Shown: piece after piece, positions 14,581 to 28,732 of the stretch
Layout of the letters: the number at the start of each line of letters is the position of its first letter
Numbering within the stretch: position 1 is the first letter of the stretch
DNA from: Hypanus sabinus
Taxonomy: Eukaryota
Reading direction: 5' to 3'
Length of the DNA: 64,000 nt
NCBI RefSeq assembly: GCF_030144855.1
Contig: NC_082738.1
Coordinates: forward strand, 42,098,001 to 42,162,000
The notes under the pieces: generated by a model
Seen by the model: only the letters and a program-made list of their open reading frames with translations
What the model was told of the DNA's origin: nothing
Databases searched by the model: none
Program-made: the position numbers and the translations under genes

Positions 14581-15660
14581 CATAAGACCATAAGATATAA
14601 GAATGGAATTCAGCCATTCAGCCCTTTGAGCTGCTCTACCATTCAATCATGGCTGACTTATTATTCCTCTCAACCACAATCTCCTGTCTTCTGTCCGTAA
14701 GCTTTGATGCCCTTACTAATCAGGAACCTATCAACTTCTGCTTTAAAAAGAACCAATGACTTGATCTCCACAACAGTCGGTGGCAATGAATTCCACAGAT
14801 TCACCAGCCTCTGCCTAAAGAATTTCCTCCTCATCTCCATTCTAAAAGGGACATTGTTGTATGCTGAGGCTATGCATTCTGGTCCTAGATTTTTCCACTA
14901 TTGGGAACATGATCTCCATGTCCACTCTATCTAGGCCTGGCATTATTTGGCAGGTTTTAAGGAGATACCTACCCCCTCATTCTTCTAAACTCCAGTATGT
15001 ACAGGCGCAGAGCCATCAAACGTGCCTCATACCTTAATACTTTACTTCCTGGGGTCATTCTCATAAACATCCTCTGGACCTTCTCTAATGTCAGCACATC
15101 CTTTCTTAAATGAGAACCCCAATATTGCTCACAAATACTCCAAGTTCTGCCTGACCAATGCTTTATAAAGCCTTAGTATTACATTTTTTTTTCACATTCC
15201 AGTTCTCTGGAGATGAAGGCAACATTACATTTGCCTTTCTTACCACAGGCTCAATCTGCAAGTTAACCTTTAGGGAATCCTGCACTAGGACTCCCAAATC
15301 CCTTTGCACCTCTGATTTCTGAATTTGCTCCCCCTTTAGAAAATAGTCTATGCCTTTATTCCTTCTAGCAAAGTGCATGTCCATACGCTTCTCTATACTG
15401 TATTCCATCAACCTCTTTTTCCCCAATCTTCTAATCTGTCCAAGTCCTTCTGAGGACTCCTGCTTCCTCACCACTATCTGCCCCTCCATCTATCCTTGTA
15501 TCATCCATAAACCTGGTCACAAAACAATCAATTCTGTCATCAAGATAATTAACATATAATGTGAAAAGTAATGGAATCACCACTATGGGACATCACTAGT
15601 CAATGGCAGCCAACCAGAAATGGCCCCCTTTAATACCATTCTTACCCTTATGCCAGTCAG
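14581..15660 (-). mobile_element. CR1 LINE 3' fragment (decayed)
   Basis: QRDLGVLVQDSLKVNLQ...RKAN; tail CATAAGACCATAAGA on the + strand. Confidence 0.85.
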
Positions 15661-15790
15661 TGAAACTTCTTTCCTGGATATTCTTATGACAAGCTGTTTA
15701 CATTGCTAATTAGAATATCCATGGCTGTTTCTCAACTCTTTCCATTCTTTGAATCACCTTTTGCCCCTTTATGTATTTCAGGCATATTAC

Positions 15791-15897
15791 CTTTCTTTGG
15801 AGATAATCTGGTCGATTTCTGGAAACTCTGATCAATGTTGAAATGAAATGTTTGTGTTTCGGAATTCTTCCCATCATCTTCAATCCCGTCAACAATC
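15791..15897 (-). CDS. KCNH4: Channel distal C-terminal exon, 107 nt ((R)IVDGIEDDGKNSETQTFHFNIDQSFQKSTRLSPKK)
   Basis: Acceptor ttgtcacag|G ATT GTT GAC GGG ATT GAA GAT, donor G|gtaata. Completes the split Arg codon to give the ELK motif PPDLSPR-IVDGIED. The ORF track shows only another frame here. Confidence 0.88.
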
Positions 15898-16453
15898 CTG
15901 TGACAATAATGTAAAGAATTAAGTGTAAGTTATTCATTACTCTGATGATTATCAACGCTATGTGTCATGCAAATACGCTTAGGGTCTTACTCATGACTGC
16001 ACACTGCCAATTCACTGTGTAGAGAGCTGACTTGATGGAATGTTACTGGCTGACACCTTGAAAAGGCTTAAGAGACAGTTTCAGCTTCAATTCATTAATT
16101 CCTGCTCACTATCACATCAGCCTTGAGACAATCAACCCCTGCCTTCTTTAGTGCACTAATGTCTGCAACGCAACATTGGCACGAAGATGTCATTCCAAGA
16201 GAAAGAGGGAAAAAGAGGAAAGAATGTGAGAGAATAACTTAAATTTGTATAATGCCTTTCTCAATCTTGAAATGTTCCATAGCATTTTAAAATAATAATG
16301 CTGAGATAGCATAATAGAATGTAATAATAGAATACTTATAAATTATAATTGTGTATTTGATAGCAGCAGTCAACTTGTGCACAATAAATTCCCATAAATA
16401 TCAATGAAGTAATGATATTAGTTGTTTATATGAAGTTAGTTGATGATTTAAAA

Positions 16454-16985
16454 ACTCGGTGGCTACTTTATCAGATACAACTGTACACCTACTTGTTAAT
16501 GCAAATATCCAATCAGCCAATCATGTGGCAGCAACTCAATACATAAAAGCCTTCAGACATAGTTATTATTCAGATGAAACAACAGAATGGGGAGGAAATG
16601 TGATCTAAATGACTGACCATGGAAGACTAATGGTGCCAGAAGGGATGGTTTGAGTATCTCAGAAGCTGTTGATTTCCTGGGATTTTCACAACAATCTCTA
16701 TTGTTTGCAGAGAATCGTGTGAAAAACAAAAAAAATCCAGTGAGTGACAGTTCTGTGGGCGAAAATACCTTATTAATGAGGGAGGTCAGAGGAGAATGGC
16801 CAGACTGGTTCAAGCTGATAGGAATAACTCAAATAACCACACGTTACAACAGTGTGCGGAAGAGCACCTCTGCATGCACAACATGTTGAACCTCAAAGTG
16901 GATGAGCTACTGCAGCAGAAGAACTCAAACATACACTCAGTAGCCCCTTTATTAGGTACAGGAGATACCTAATAAGTTGGGATCA
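16454..16985 (+). mobile_element. Internally deleted Tc1-like DNA transposon
   Basis: Terminal motif ACTCRGTRGCYMCTTTATYAGRTACA at about 16454 and 16935, then an inverted copy; transposase N-terminal remnant SISEAVDFLGFS. Confidence 0.72.
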
Positions 16986-17233
16986 GGTTGGTGTTGTGTG
17001 AATGAAGTTATCCCCACTGGTTCAAGAGCCTGATGGTTGAGGAGTAATAACTGTTCCTGAATCTGGTGACGTGGGTCCTGAGGCTCCTGTACCTCCTTCC
17101 TGATGGTAGCAGCGAGAAGAGAGCAGGGTCTGGATGGTGGGGGTCCCTGATGATGGATGCTGCCCTCCTGCGACAGCGTTCCATGTAGATGTGCTCAGTG
17201 GTGGGGAGGGCTTTACTCGTGATGGACTGGTCT

Positions 17234-17572
17234 CACTATGCCCTCCAAGCTGCGCGGGTGCGCGACCGCGCAGTAACTGAAATGCTCCTGCGCACATAGC
17301 CTTTGTTGCCGCGCAGTTGGAATAAAGACAGATGAGAAAATGTTTATGAAACGTGAATGATTTTCTTTGTTGTACTGCATTTTATTATACCCTTCAATTA
17401 ATAAATAAAATCAAAAGTATGTGATTTTTCAATTTTCACTCTAAATGTTCAAAGTATGCGCATTACAAAAAAAAACACTTAAAAGTGCAGTGCAGTTTCA
17501 GACCAAGCAAAAATTTCCTGCTCGGAGCCATGGTTGCTCTGTGCAGCCATTAAAAAAATAGAGGGAATGTTG
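17234..17572. mobile_element. Non-autonomous hAT-type DNA transposon (MITE) nested in a LINE fragment
   Basis: Imperfect TIRs CACTATGCCCTC / GAGGGAATGTTG; 8-bp TSD ACTGGTCT (17226-17233) and ACTGGGCT (17573-17580). Confidence 0.8.
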
Positions 17573-20500
17573 ACTGGGCTGTATCCAGTACTTTTTGTAG
17601 AATTTTCTGTTCAAGGACATTGGTGTTTCCATATGAGGCCGTGATGTAACCAGTCAATATACTCTCTGCCGCTCATCTGCAGAAGTTAGTCAAAGGTTTA
17701 GATGACATGCCAAATCTTTGTAAACTTCTAAGAAAGTAGAGGCATTGCTGTGCTTACATGCTTCTCTTACATTCTTCTTTGTGTTGCCCTTTTTCATTTT
17801 TACTCCCTCTACCCTCATTCATAACAAACACCTAGAGATGTACTCTTCCCACTTGACACCCTTCCCCCCCACACTTACATCACTCTCTATCATCAAGAAC
17901 CACACCACTCCAGATTGATCACATGTATAACATTTCTAATGTTTAAACTAGTGTTTTTTAGGTGGGAATTTTTAACATTTTTGATAAAAAATCCCCCTGT
18001 CCTTAGACCATTCTATCCATATAGAATGACACCTCCAGAATTTCGGGCTCCCAATCATCACTGAATTACATTGCCCCTTCGTTGTCAATTTCGAACAGGT
18101 CATTTAGTTGTGTTGAACTAATTAAGCTAATGGCACCTAATTAAACCAATGCCCTCTGCCAACACATGGTCCCTATCCCTCCATTCCTTGTCTAAGTGCC
18201 TACTAAATACCTCTATCATATCTGCCTCCACTACCACTGCTGGCAGTGTATTCCAGGCACTCACCACTCTCTAAAAAAAATCCCCACACAACCCCTTCAA
18301 ATGACTTCAGTTGCCGAGGCCACGATCTTTCAAATCACCTCCCTAAACCTCACTACCTCTTTTAGTCTTCTTTAAGATACCCCTTCAACCTGCCTTCTCA
18401 TCTATGCCTTCAGCTATCTGTCCCAGCATCACTTCATGTGGCTCTGGTGCGGTGAGGGAGGGCATTGAGACAGTTTTGCTATGTTAAAGGTGCTTAAGAA
18501 ATGCAAATTATTGTTGAGTCAGACCAAAGCTGCACACTGAAGACACATGATCCAATTCCAGAGGACTTGTCTGAACAGCAAACAATCCTTTTTAAATTTC
18601 ACACCTTTCTGTCAGTAGTTGTACTTTTGCAGACTTTTTAATATCTGCCCTTGTCTACAGTGTCACCTACAATTTCCTTGCAACTTAGCCACCAGATAAT
18701 TAAATATAATTATTAGCTTGCTTATTTCATGCTTCCACCTTCCTCTGACATTGTCACATACGGACTCCTAACCCGCCTTCCATGCCAAGTTCACTACATG
18801 CAAAACAAACATCAAAGGGCAGATTTAAATAACCTGTTCCCCAGAGCCTCCCTCTTCCCTTTTCTAAGATAAAGCACTGCAGCTTCTTTCTCTTTCGTAA
18901 GAAAGGTTGCAGGAGGAGCCTTGTGGGAGCCTCTCGTTGGACTGCAGGATCTTTGTATTTTTAGACTTGACAACATCGGTAGGATTTATGATTAGTAAAA
19001 GTGACACAGATCACAATATTGATTAAATAAATCAAATTGTTCTTGTTTTTCTAGTAAAACTCATCAAAATAGGTACATTTGTGCGTGACTGTCACACTGG
19101 GTGAGTGTCAGTTAGTCAGACTGTGTATTCTGAGAAAAAACATGTTGAGTTCATAATCCTCTGTTGTGTTCCAGGTTTCTTACTGTGCGGGAAGTGATGC
19201 ATTTAAGTGCAGAATGTCATTAAATTGGCGGGCAAAGTGACAAATTATTGAAGCCTTTGATCATAGCTCCCTGAGGGATCTAAATCTCTCATCTGGCCAA
19301 CAGCATTTCTGCGCTGCTCCTGAGCTTCAGTTCAAACCACCTGGTGATAGATGGGTCATTAGGTGAAGCTCATTTCAGCAATTAGGTAGCACTTAGATAG
19401 GAAAATCATCAATTATTGAGTTCACCATGAAATAATCGGGTTTGTTTGAAGTGTCCAAAGTCAAAGTCAGGATCAAAAGTAAAATTTATTATCAATGTAT
19501 GCAAATGTTACCATATACTAGCTTGAGATTCATTTTCTTGTAGTCATTTACAAAAAATTAAAGAAATACAATAGAATTTATGAAAACCTATATATAAAAA
19601 GACTGATAAATAACCAATATGCAAAAGAAGACAAATTTGTGCAAATAATAAAAAATAGTATTGAGAACATGAGGTGTAGGGTTATTCAAAGTGAGTCTGT
19701 GGGTTGTGGAATCAGAGGTGAGTGAAGTTATCCACGCTGGTTCAGGAGCCTGGTGATTGAAGGGTAATAACTGTTCCTGAGCCTGGTGGTGTGGCTCCTG
19801 TAACATCTTCCTGATGGCAGCATCAAGCAGAGAGCCTGGCCTGGACAGTGGGGTTCTTGATCATAAATGCTACTTTCTTGTGGCAGTGCAAAATGGCAAG
19901 AAATCATGAAGGATCTGATTGCTTTTACAGTGAAGAGGCAGAGGAGATCTCATTGAGAGTGTAGACTACCTCTCCCCAGTAGGAATGATGCTGCTATGCT
20001 CCAATAGTCCAGGGGAATGGTGTGTTCTGTCCTGTCTACAGATCGGATATTGCTCGTAGGCTGCATATAGAACAATGCTATAGCCAGACATGTTGGAGAT
20101 AATTCCTCTGACAATCGAGAGGGTTGATCATTTTGATTGATTTTATGCACATAATCTTAACTGCCACAACAGCACTTTGTTCAGAGAACCTGCCCCGCCA
20201 GGGGAGGATGCTGCTTTTTAAATAAGTTATTTGCTGAATAAGTTGATTGTGACTGATGTATGACTGACTGCTTGCTGTGGGTCACATGTCCTTTCCCATC
20301 TCCAGATGATTATAGTAAGTGCTGTTTACAACAAATACGTATGTGGTAATTACATTGCTCTGTCAGGTTCATGGCACATGTTTTGCTACATAGCAGATTA
20401 GGAATGCAAACTTTCAGAAAGTACAAAGGTCAAACGATGTTAGGAAATGTCCTGAAAGGTATCCAAGATAAAGCGAAAGCATCACGAATTGACAGAAGTT

Positions 20501-21204
20501 ACACTCAGATATTTCGATAGCTGGGCTTCCCCATTGATTCCATCACAATCTTCAGTCACTGCCTGAACTAACCATCTTAGTGTCGTACTTTTCCCTGACT
20601 AAGCTTCCAGACATCTTATTTATTTCTAACATAAGTTGTGTAAGATTGACCATCTCTACCTGTCTGGGGAATGGAGATCATTCTCGTCTCCAAGTCCTAC
20701 TCCAGTTACACGAGTGCAAAGCATCTCAGCTGAGCCACCAGTGGAGGCTGTGAATTGAAGTCTCACTCCAGAGGCAATTTAAGAGCAACAATCCTTCTTA
20801 GCAAGCGCTAACTCGAGTCGTTAACTTGGGCTGATTCAACTGAATGTAAAAGATCTCATGAGTCTATTTAAAAAAAAACTCGAGAACTTATCCATGGTTT
20901 CATGCCCAACTCTTCTCGCTCGCTTAATATCACCAGAACAGATTTTCTGTAATTATAATCATTTGATCGTAGGGGCCTTGCTATCCAGAAATCGGTTGCT
21001 GTGTTTCACACATTACCACAATGATTACAACAGGAAAAACACCACTTGAGCTGTAAGGTAATTATAAGTGTCACGAGGTTGTGTAAAGACTTATAAAAGT
21101 GGAAGTTTCCAAAAAGTCTGATAAGTAAACAGCTTTCAAGATTCCTCCCACATTCCAAAGAGGTACAGAACAGTAGATTAATTGGCCTGACTATGAAAAA
21201 GGAC

Positions 21205-21660
21205 TAGCATAGCATCACACACAAAACGCTGGAGGAACTCAGTAAAAGTACAGGCAACATTTTGGGCCAAGACCCTTCGACAGAGAAAAAACGATGAGGA
21301 GTAGGTTTAAAAGCTGGGGGGGGGGGTGTGGGGAAGGGAGAAACACAAGCAGGTGCGTGAAACCAGGAGAGGGAGGAGTGAAGGAAGAGCTGGAAAGTTA
21401 ATTGGTGAAAAAGATAAAGGCTGGAGAAGAGGGAATCTAATAGAAGAGGACCAAAGGCAATGGAAGAAAGAAAAGGGGGGAGGAGGATAGTGAAGGTAAG
21501 GTGGGGGGGCATTACTAGAAGCTTGAGAAATCGATGTTCATGCCATCAGGTTGGAGGCTACACAAACGGAATATAAGGTGTAGCTCCTCCAGCCTGAATG
21601 TGGCCTCATCACGACAATAGAGGAGGCCATGGATTGACATATCGGAATGGGAAAATGAAG
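21205..21660 (-). mobile_element. Penelope-like element 3' fragment
   Basis: Reverse-complement similarity to 43210-43660, including the pyrimidine-rich tract and the terminal repeat. Confidence 0.8.
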
Positions 21661-22672
21661 TATAACATACACTTCGTGCCTAATTTTACCCTTTCAGAAC
21701 ATAACATTGAGCATTCTACAAGCAATCTTTCATGAAGTTAGTCAGAGAAGTGTATATCACCTAGAAGAAGTATTGAGTCATCATCCATGCTACAGGAAAT
21801 CAAGGTCCAGTTGCAGTTGATAAGATTGATTCAAAGTAAGAATGTTGCAGTCCCTGCCATTGTATCTCTTTTCAGAGAATCAATAGATCTACTGGAAAAA
21901 TCTGTGCAAAATAATTTTCTATTTTTTTCACTAGACAATTAGCTCTATTAATCACATTGGCTGTTGCTCTATCTGGAAAGATATAAGCATCAGCCTGACC
22001 AATGGGAATGTGAAATTCCTCTTTTAAAAACAAATATCTAGAATTTAATTTTCTGTCAGTCAATGATGCCAATGGAACTTAACTTTGGAGGCAAATGATG
22101 ACACATTGTCACTAACATAATAAGTTTAGCAGTCCTGACGGGGGATAAGTTTTAGGTATTGGAATTATTCTTTCTCCACTGGTGACTCATAAGTGAAGTC
22201 ACCTCAGAAGCTATTTTCTTGAGGCTGTGCATTGTTATAATTCCATTAGTGCCTGTGAATTATACATTTAATCATTTCACCTTCCTATATTTTTATAGAA
22301 ATAAATTTCACATCCTAATTGATTTTATTTCCTCCTATTCGTCTGCTCAGTGTGCAAAGCCCATTGGCCAAAGTCTGCCAAAAACCAAGATATGCAAATT
22401 CCATCATTTGACAACGTTGTGAATTTTGGAAGACCACAGTATACAAGTTTGATTACTCAATTTGTATGAGTGAATTTTGTGTCCTACAAATGGCTATCGA
22501 ATAGTCCACAGAAGCTATACAGTCATAATTGTTGACATCAACCTAAATACAGCAGAGTGGTGCATTGTAGCACCTTCAAGATGGTGCCAGCCTATTACAT
22601 CACCCGTTCCACATGAAGCAGTGACATTAAGGGAAGTCCAGAAGATTAAGGGATACAAATGGGTTCCCATCA

Positions 22673-22804
22673 ACACACACAAAATGCTGGAGGAACTCAG
22701 CAGGCCAGGCAGCATCGATGGAAAAGAGTAAACAGCCAATGTTTCGGGCCGAAACACTTCATCAGGACTGGAGAAAAAAAGATCTTTTTTTGCTAGCTTT
22801 TTGC
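22673..22804 (-). mobile_element. Solo Penelope terminal repeat with hammerhead motif, 13-bp TSD
   Basis: TSD TGGGTTCCCATCA at 22660-22672 and 22805-22817. Minus strand CAGTC CTGATGA AGTGTTTCGGCCC GAAA CATT GGCTG. Confidence 0.87.
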
Positions 22805-22979
22805 TGGGTTCCCATCAGTCAGGACTTCAACAATGACCCTGCACCATCACGTAATGTTGCACAATATCTTTTTAATTTGCATGCTTAACCTTCCATGATG
22901 CAACATGAACCCTGACAAAGACTGGAAAGCTGAATAGCATTCACAAGTAAATGAACAAATGAAATCTATTTCTGATGTC

Positions 22980-23093
22980 TCCTGATGAAGGGTTTCGGCC
23001 CGAAACATCGTCACTACCTCCTCCCATAGATGCTGTCTGGCCTGCTGAGTTCTGCCAGCATTTTGTGTTTTATTTATTTCCAGCTTCTGCAGA
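22980..23093 (+). ncRNA. Hammerhead motif at the start of a solo Penelope terminal repeat
   Basis: CTGATGA A GGG TTTCGG CCC GAAA C ATC GTCAC. The 5' arm of stem I is lost by truncation. Confidence 0.6.
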
Positions 23094-23094
23094 T

Positions 23095-23948
23095 TGGGAC
23101 AGACTTTGACAGACTGGGAGAATGGGCAAGAAGGTGGCAGATGGAACACAGTGTAGGGTAGTGTATGGTCATGCACTTTAGTAGAAGGAATAAAGGCGCA
23201 GACCCTTTTCTAAATGGGAAAAAAATTCAAAAATCAGAGGTGAAAAAGGACTTGGGATTCCCTAAAGGTTAACTTGCAGGTGAGTCGCTGATAAGGAAGG
23301 CAAATGCTATGTTAGCATTTATTTCAAAAGGACTAGAATAGAAAAGTAAGGATGTAATGCTAAGGCTTTATAAGAACTTCATCAGACTGCACAGAGTATT
23401 GTAAGCAGTTTTGGGCCATTTATCTAAGAAAAGATGTGCTGACATTGGAGAGGGTCCAGAGGAGGTTCATGAGAATGATCCTGGGAATGAAAGTGTTAAT
23501 ATATGAGGAACATCTGATGTCTCTAGGCCTGTACTCCCTTGAGTTTAGAAGAACGAGGGGGTAGATCATTGAAACATATTGAATATTGAATGGCCGAGGT
23601 AGAATGGATGTGAAGAGGATGTTTCCTTTTGTGGGTGAGTCTATCACTAGAGGGCACAACCCCAGAACAGAAGGGCATTCTTTTAGTAGAGAGATTAGGA
23701 GGAATTTCTTTAGCCAGAGGGTAAAAAAAATCTGTGGAATTCATTGCCACAAATGGCTGTGGAGGCCGTCATTAGGTATATTTAAAGGAGAGGTTGATAG
23801 TTTCTTGATTAGTAAGGACATCAAAGTTTATGGGGAGAAGACAGAAGAATGGGGTTGAGAGGGATAATAAATCAGCTGTTATGGAATAGCAGAGCAGACT
23901 TGATGGGCCAAATGGCCCAATTCTGCCCCTATGTCTTATGATCTTATG
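23095..23948 (+). mobile_element. CR1 LINE 3' fragment (decayed)
   Basis: ITRGHN...RRNFFSQRV; ends TCTTATGATCTTATG. Confidence 0.85.
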
Positions 23949-24513
23949 TTCAACAAAATGTCCTCTTTCTGTGTTGTGACATTATATGTGATAAATTTAA
24001 TGCAGAAGATCCCTGACTTTGTTCCTAGGCCTCCCTGATCGAAATCCATACAAAGTATAGAATCTGTGATCATTCAACGGACAAACAGAAAATTATGATT
24101 TCTACAGTCTGCCTTTAAGAGCACCCACAACGGAGCATGAAACATTTAATAGCTCAATACACCAACATTTTAACAATATACTGTATGATCTCATCACTGT
24201 TGACTCAGTTGTTTGACTCAACTGTGTATATGTAAAGTTCTTCTGGATTTTTTTACAGAACATCAGCTGTACAAAGAAGGATTATCCAGAAAGTAGGAAA
24301 GCTGGTAAACAGATAAATTTATTACCAGACAAAATGCTGAAGGAATGTACAGTATCACTAACTATTTTGCCTTCATGTAGATAAGGCTGTTGGGAATACA
24401 CCAGTAATGTGTAGAGCTCATTCTTTGTGTAACTCTTATTCCTTAGATTTACAGCATAATTGAGTGTCAACAGGCTGAGCTCTTGTGGATAACGTATCTG
24501 GAGATATCATTAC

Positions 24514-24875
24514 CTAGGGCTTAGGTCAGGGGGCCCACAGCAGTTCAGCGATGGTAGAAGGAGCTTTGCTGGCTTTCGCACATTGCAATTTCCACCACTG
24601 CACGTGCTATCTTCTTTTTTATGTAGGGGACTTCCCCCCCTCCTGCACTTCCCTGGAGATCGACTTCCGAGTCGTATCGCTGAGTAATGCTTCAATTCCT
24701 CTCCCAGCAAACTGCCCAGGGATCCTCGGCGAATCGGACTGTTTAATCCCGGCAGTGTGAGTTTCCTGCGACTTTTAGTTGCTGGTGAGAGATGTGAATA
24801 TTCATTTGGTTCGTCTTCAGTTTCTAAAATGGAGGGAAGTTTCTTACTGGAATTGTCACTGCTGTCCAATTTATT
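24514..24875 (-). CDS. KCNH4: Channel distal C-terminal exon, 362 nt
   Basis: NKLDSSDNSSKKLPSILETEDE...LGSLLGEEL...PAKLLLPSLNCCGPPDLSPR. Acceptor acttttcag|AAT, donor AG|gtaatg (phase 2). GPPDLSPR is a conserved ELK motif. Confidence 0.88.
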
Positions 24876-26753
24876 CTGAAAAGTAATGCAATAGTTTTAT
24901 TAGTTTTAGTGAGACCCGTGGAGAGAAAGCAAGCCTTAATTTTTTGTAAAATTTCCCCATCGATCTCCTATCGATGAGTTTCCATTAGTTTGTCGGCTAT
25001 AGTGAGTTATAAACAGTGCCCTTCCCCAAATGCACCATATGCCAGTTCTAGCGACCTGGGTTCAATTCAGACCTCTGGTACTGTATATGCAGAGTTTCTT
25101 ATTCTCTGTGATGACATGGGTTTTTAAAAAAATTCAAAGTACATTTATTATCAAAATACATATATGTTACTGTATCTACTACCGAGATTTATTTTCTTGC
25201 AGACATTCACAGTAGAACAAAGAACTACAAAAACTGACAACCAATGTTCAAAACAAGACAAACTGTGCAAATATGAAAAAAACAAAACAAATCATAATAA
25301 ATAAATAATATTGAGAACATGACTTTGTATAGTCCTTGAATGTTAGTTCATAGGTTGTGGAATCAGTTCAGTGTTGAGGTGAGTGAAGTTATCCACACTG
25401 GTTCAGGAGCCTGAGAAGTTGAGGGGTAATAACTGGTCCTGAATCTGGTGTGTGGGCCCTGAGGCTCCTGTACCTCCTTCCCAAGGGCAGCAGTGGGAAG
25501 ATCATGGCCCGGATGGTGGGGGACCTTGGGTCTTTTGGGTGCTCAGGTTTCCTCCCACATCCCAAAGGCATTTTGGTAGATGATCTGACTACTGCACATT
25601 ATCTCTAATGTGATGGGAGAACTGGGGAGTTTTGAGCATCTGTCAAGAGCATATAGGCAAGCAAGTGGGGGAATTGATGGGATTTATTTAAGAGCCTGAA
25701 ATCTCTTGATGTGTTGAATGGGTTCTTTCTAAGTTGCAAGAAAAAAATAACATGAGATCTTCCTTTCTATTGCAATGCAGGAACAAGTCTATATTCCCAG
25801 CCCTGCATGAGATCTGTTCTGTTAGGTAAAGCTATGAAAGCACATCTAATCATCTACTTTCTTCCCTCCTTTTTTGCACTGATGGTGAGGGGAAGTCCCT
25901 TGGTTCTTATTGTATGCTGGACTTCAGAAAGCATCTGTTCTACACTGCCTCAGATTGAAAACAAGTTACTGGGATGTAATCTGTCTGCTTTCCTTGGCTT
26001 CCACACATTTGCCTCCATGTTTTCTTTTTCTCAAGCTTTTCTCAAGCTTTTCTTTTGCTTTCTAACACTCCTGTGAGGTCCATTGGGGAGTTTTTGCTAC
26101 ATTAAGATGTTTTATATGAATTAATTTGTTGTTTAATTGGAATGAAACCCAAGTGAAGACAGCCCAGTTCAAATTAGTCTTTCCTCCATAGACTCTCTCT
26201 ACCATTCCTGTTGCCTTGGGAGTGCAGCTAACATAATTCAGGTCCTCTCCCACCCAGTCATGTTCTCTTCTCTTTCCTTCCATCTGGTATAAAATAGAAA
26301 AGCTTTAAAACATGTACCACCAGGAACAAGAACCGCTTTTATCCCACAGCTATAAAACTCCTGAACTGTTAACCTCTCAATCTACATTGTAATGGTCCTT
26401 AATCTTTATTTCTCAACCTGACTGCACTTTATCTGTAACAATAATAATATTTTCTGCATGCTTTTTAAAAACTTTAATTATAGATACAGCATGGTAATAG
26501 CCCTTCTGGCCCAAAGAGCCTATACCTCCTAATTACACCCATGTGACCAATTAAACTACTAACCCATAAGTCTTTGGACTGTGGAAGGAAACCAGAGCAC
26601 CTGGAGGAAACCCACACAGTCACAGGGCTCCTTACAGGCAGTGCCGGGAATTGAACCTGTGTCGCTGGTACTGTAATAGCATTGTACTAACCACTACGTT
26701 TCCACGCCACCCACTGTTGTTACATTTCTCTTTATACTATCTCTACTAGTCCT

Positions 26754-27530
26754 GACTCACCTCTGACCCCTGGTCAGATCAGCCCTCGATCCCCTGCAGT
26801 TTGTCTACCTGGAGCACATTGGAGTTGACGATGCTGTCACCTACCTGCTGAGCAGAGCCTACTCCCATTTGGATAATCAGGGCAGCACTGTGAGGTTTGT
26901 GCTTTTAGATTTCCCAAGTGCCTTCAATACCATACAGGCCTCATTGCTGGGGGTAAAGCTCCATTCAACGCAGGTTGGCATTTCCATTGAGTCCTGGATA
27001 ATGGACTACCTGACTGGCAGACCGTCGTTTGTGCGGCTTCAGAGCTGTGTGCCAGACTTGGCTATAGGCAGCACTGGGACCCCACAGGGGACTGTATTGG
27101 CTCCCTTCCTGTTTACCCTGTATACCTCAGACTTCAGATACAACACAGTCATGTCATCTGCAGAAATTCTCTGATGACTCAGCAATAGTTGGGTGTACAA
27201 AGGGAAGATGGGAGGATGAATACAGGGCCTGGTGGAGGACTTTGTCACATGGTGCAAGCTGAATTACCTGCAGCTCAACATCAGTAAGACAAAGGAGATG
27301 GTGATGGACTTTAGGAAGACTAAACCTGCACTGCTTCCCGTTACTATTGACGGTGAGGACGTGGATGTGGTGAGGACCTTTCAGAACAGAGGAGCACTTT
27401 CAGTAATAGACCTATACAACTGGCCTGCTTCAAAGAGCGGTAATTGAAGTCATTCTTACCCTTGGCCATTAGGCTCTATGATGAGTCAACCTATAGCCAG
27501 GGAAGTGATGACCCCCTCCAGTTATACTGT
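26754..27530 (+). mobile_element. Rex1/Babar-type LINE RT fragment
   Basis: LDFPSAFNTIQ, GTPQGTVLAPFLFTLYTSD, LQLNISKTKEMVMDFRK. Confidence 0.85.
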
Positions 27531-28732
27531 TATTATCTTCTGTTTAAACTCTGTTTAGTTCTGTTTACCACACCCTGCTATTGTGGATCCCCTGTGCAAT
27601 ACTAATATCACTTCTTATCTGAATGGTCCACTCTGTTCCACTCTCAATTCCACCCTGAGATTGAATTAACCTGGTCCAAATTACTGACCATATTCAGGAA
27701 GTACATTAAAATAGACATTCATTGCCAGTGCAGTGTGGGCTAGAACAGAACAAAGAGAACTCACTGCTGGTTTCTACCATTTTTTAAGCCTTTCCTTTCA
27801 AGTTTCACCCATTTCTATGAAATGCTGTGTGTTTATCCAAAATATGAAACTCCTAAGAGGTCTGTGCTGGAAAATAAGAATTGCAGTGTTGTTTCAAATG
27901 CATTTAAAAGACAGTCTGAAAGCCACAGAGGCTTCATGGGATGCAGCAATGCAGGACACATCACTCATTGTTACATGCACAGAGAAGTCTGTGGTCATAA
28001 TAACTTCATCACTCTGACAAGTAGAAGAATGTAACAGCCACAACTCAGGAGGCGTGAAGATGGTGGTTTCACATACAGCAAAGGTCTAGGCTTCCTGGAT
28101 GACTGGGGCTAACAAAAATAACACAATGACTTGAAATTAGTTCATGTAGGTTTTGTAAATGTCTAGCTCTCAGTGTATAAAATTATTTCCAAAGTGGACA
28201 GGGATTTGAGCTCAAATTACGGCATTTCTAAAACTGAACCAGTTTTTTTTGCATTGATGACTTGTGTCATTTCCTTTGTAATTCTCCTGCACAGCACCGA
28301 CCAGGAAATCAGGTCATGTTGTTCTGATGTGTATGTGATGCTGGACATTCTTTGAGCAACCGTTTTTCAATAGCACTACATCGAACCTAGATCAGCACTG
28401 CATATTACAGGCCCTTCAGCCCACAATGTTCAGCCGACCTTTTAACCCACTCTAAGATCAAGCTAATCTTTCCCTCCCACATGGCCCTCCATTTTTCTCT
28501 CATCCACGTGTCAGTCTATGCATCTTTTAAATGTCCCTAATGTATCTGACCACCACTCCAGGCAGTGTGCTCCATGGACCCAACAGTCTCTATGTAAAAA
28601 CCCTACTTTCCTCTTATCACCTAAAATTATGCCCTCCTGTTTTAGCCATTTCCACCTTGGGAAAAAGTCTCTGCCCCTTATCATCTTGTACACCTCCATC
28701 AAGTCACCTCTCAACCTCCTTCACTCCAAAGA

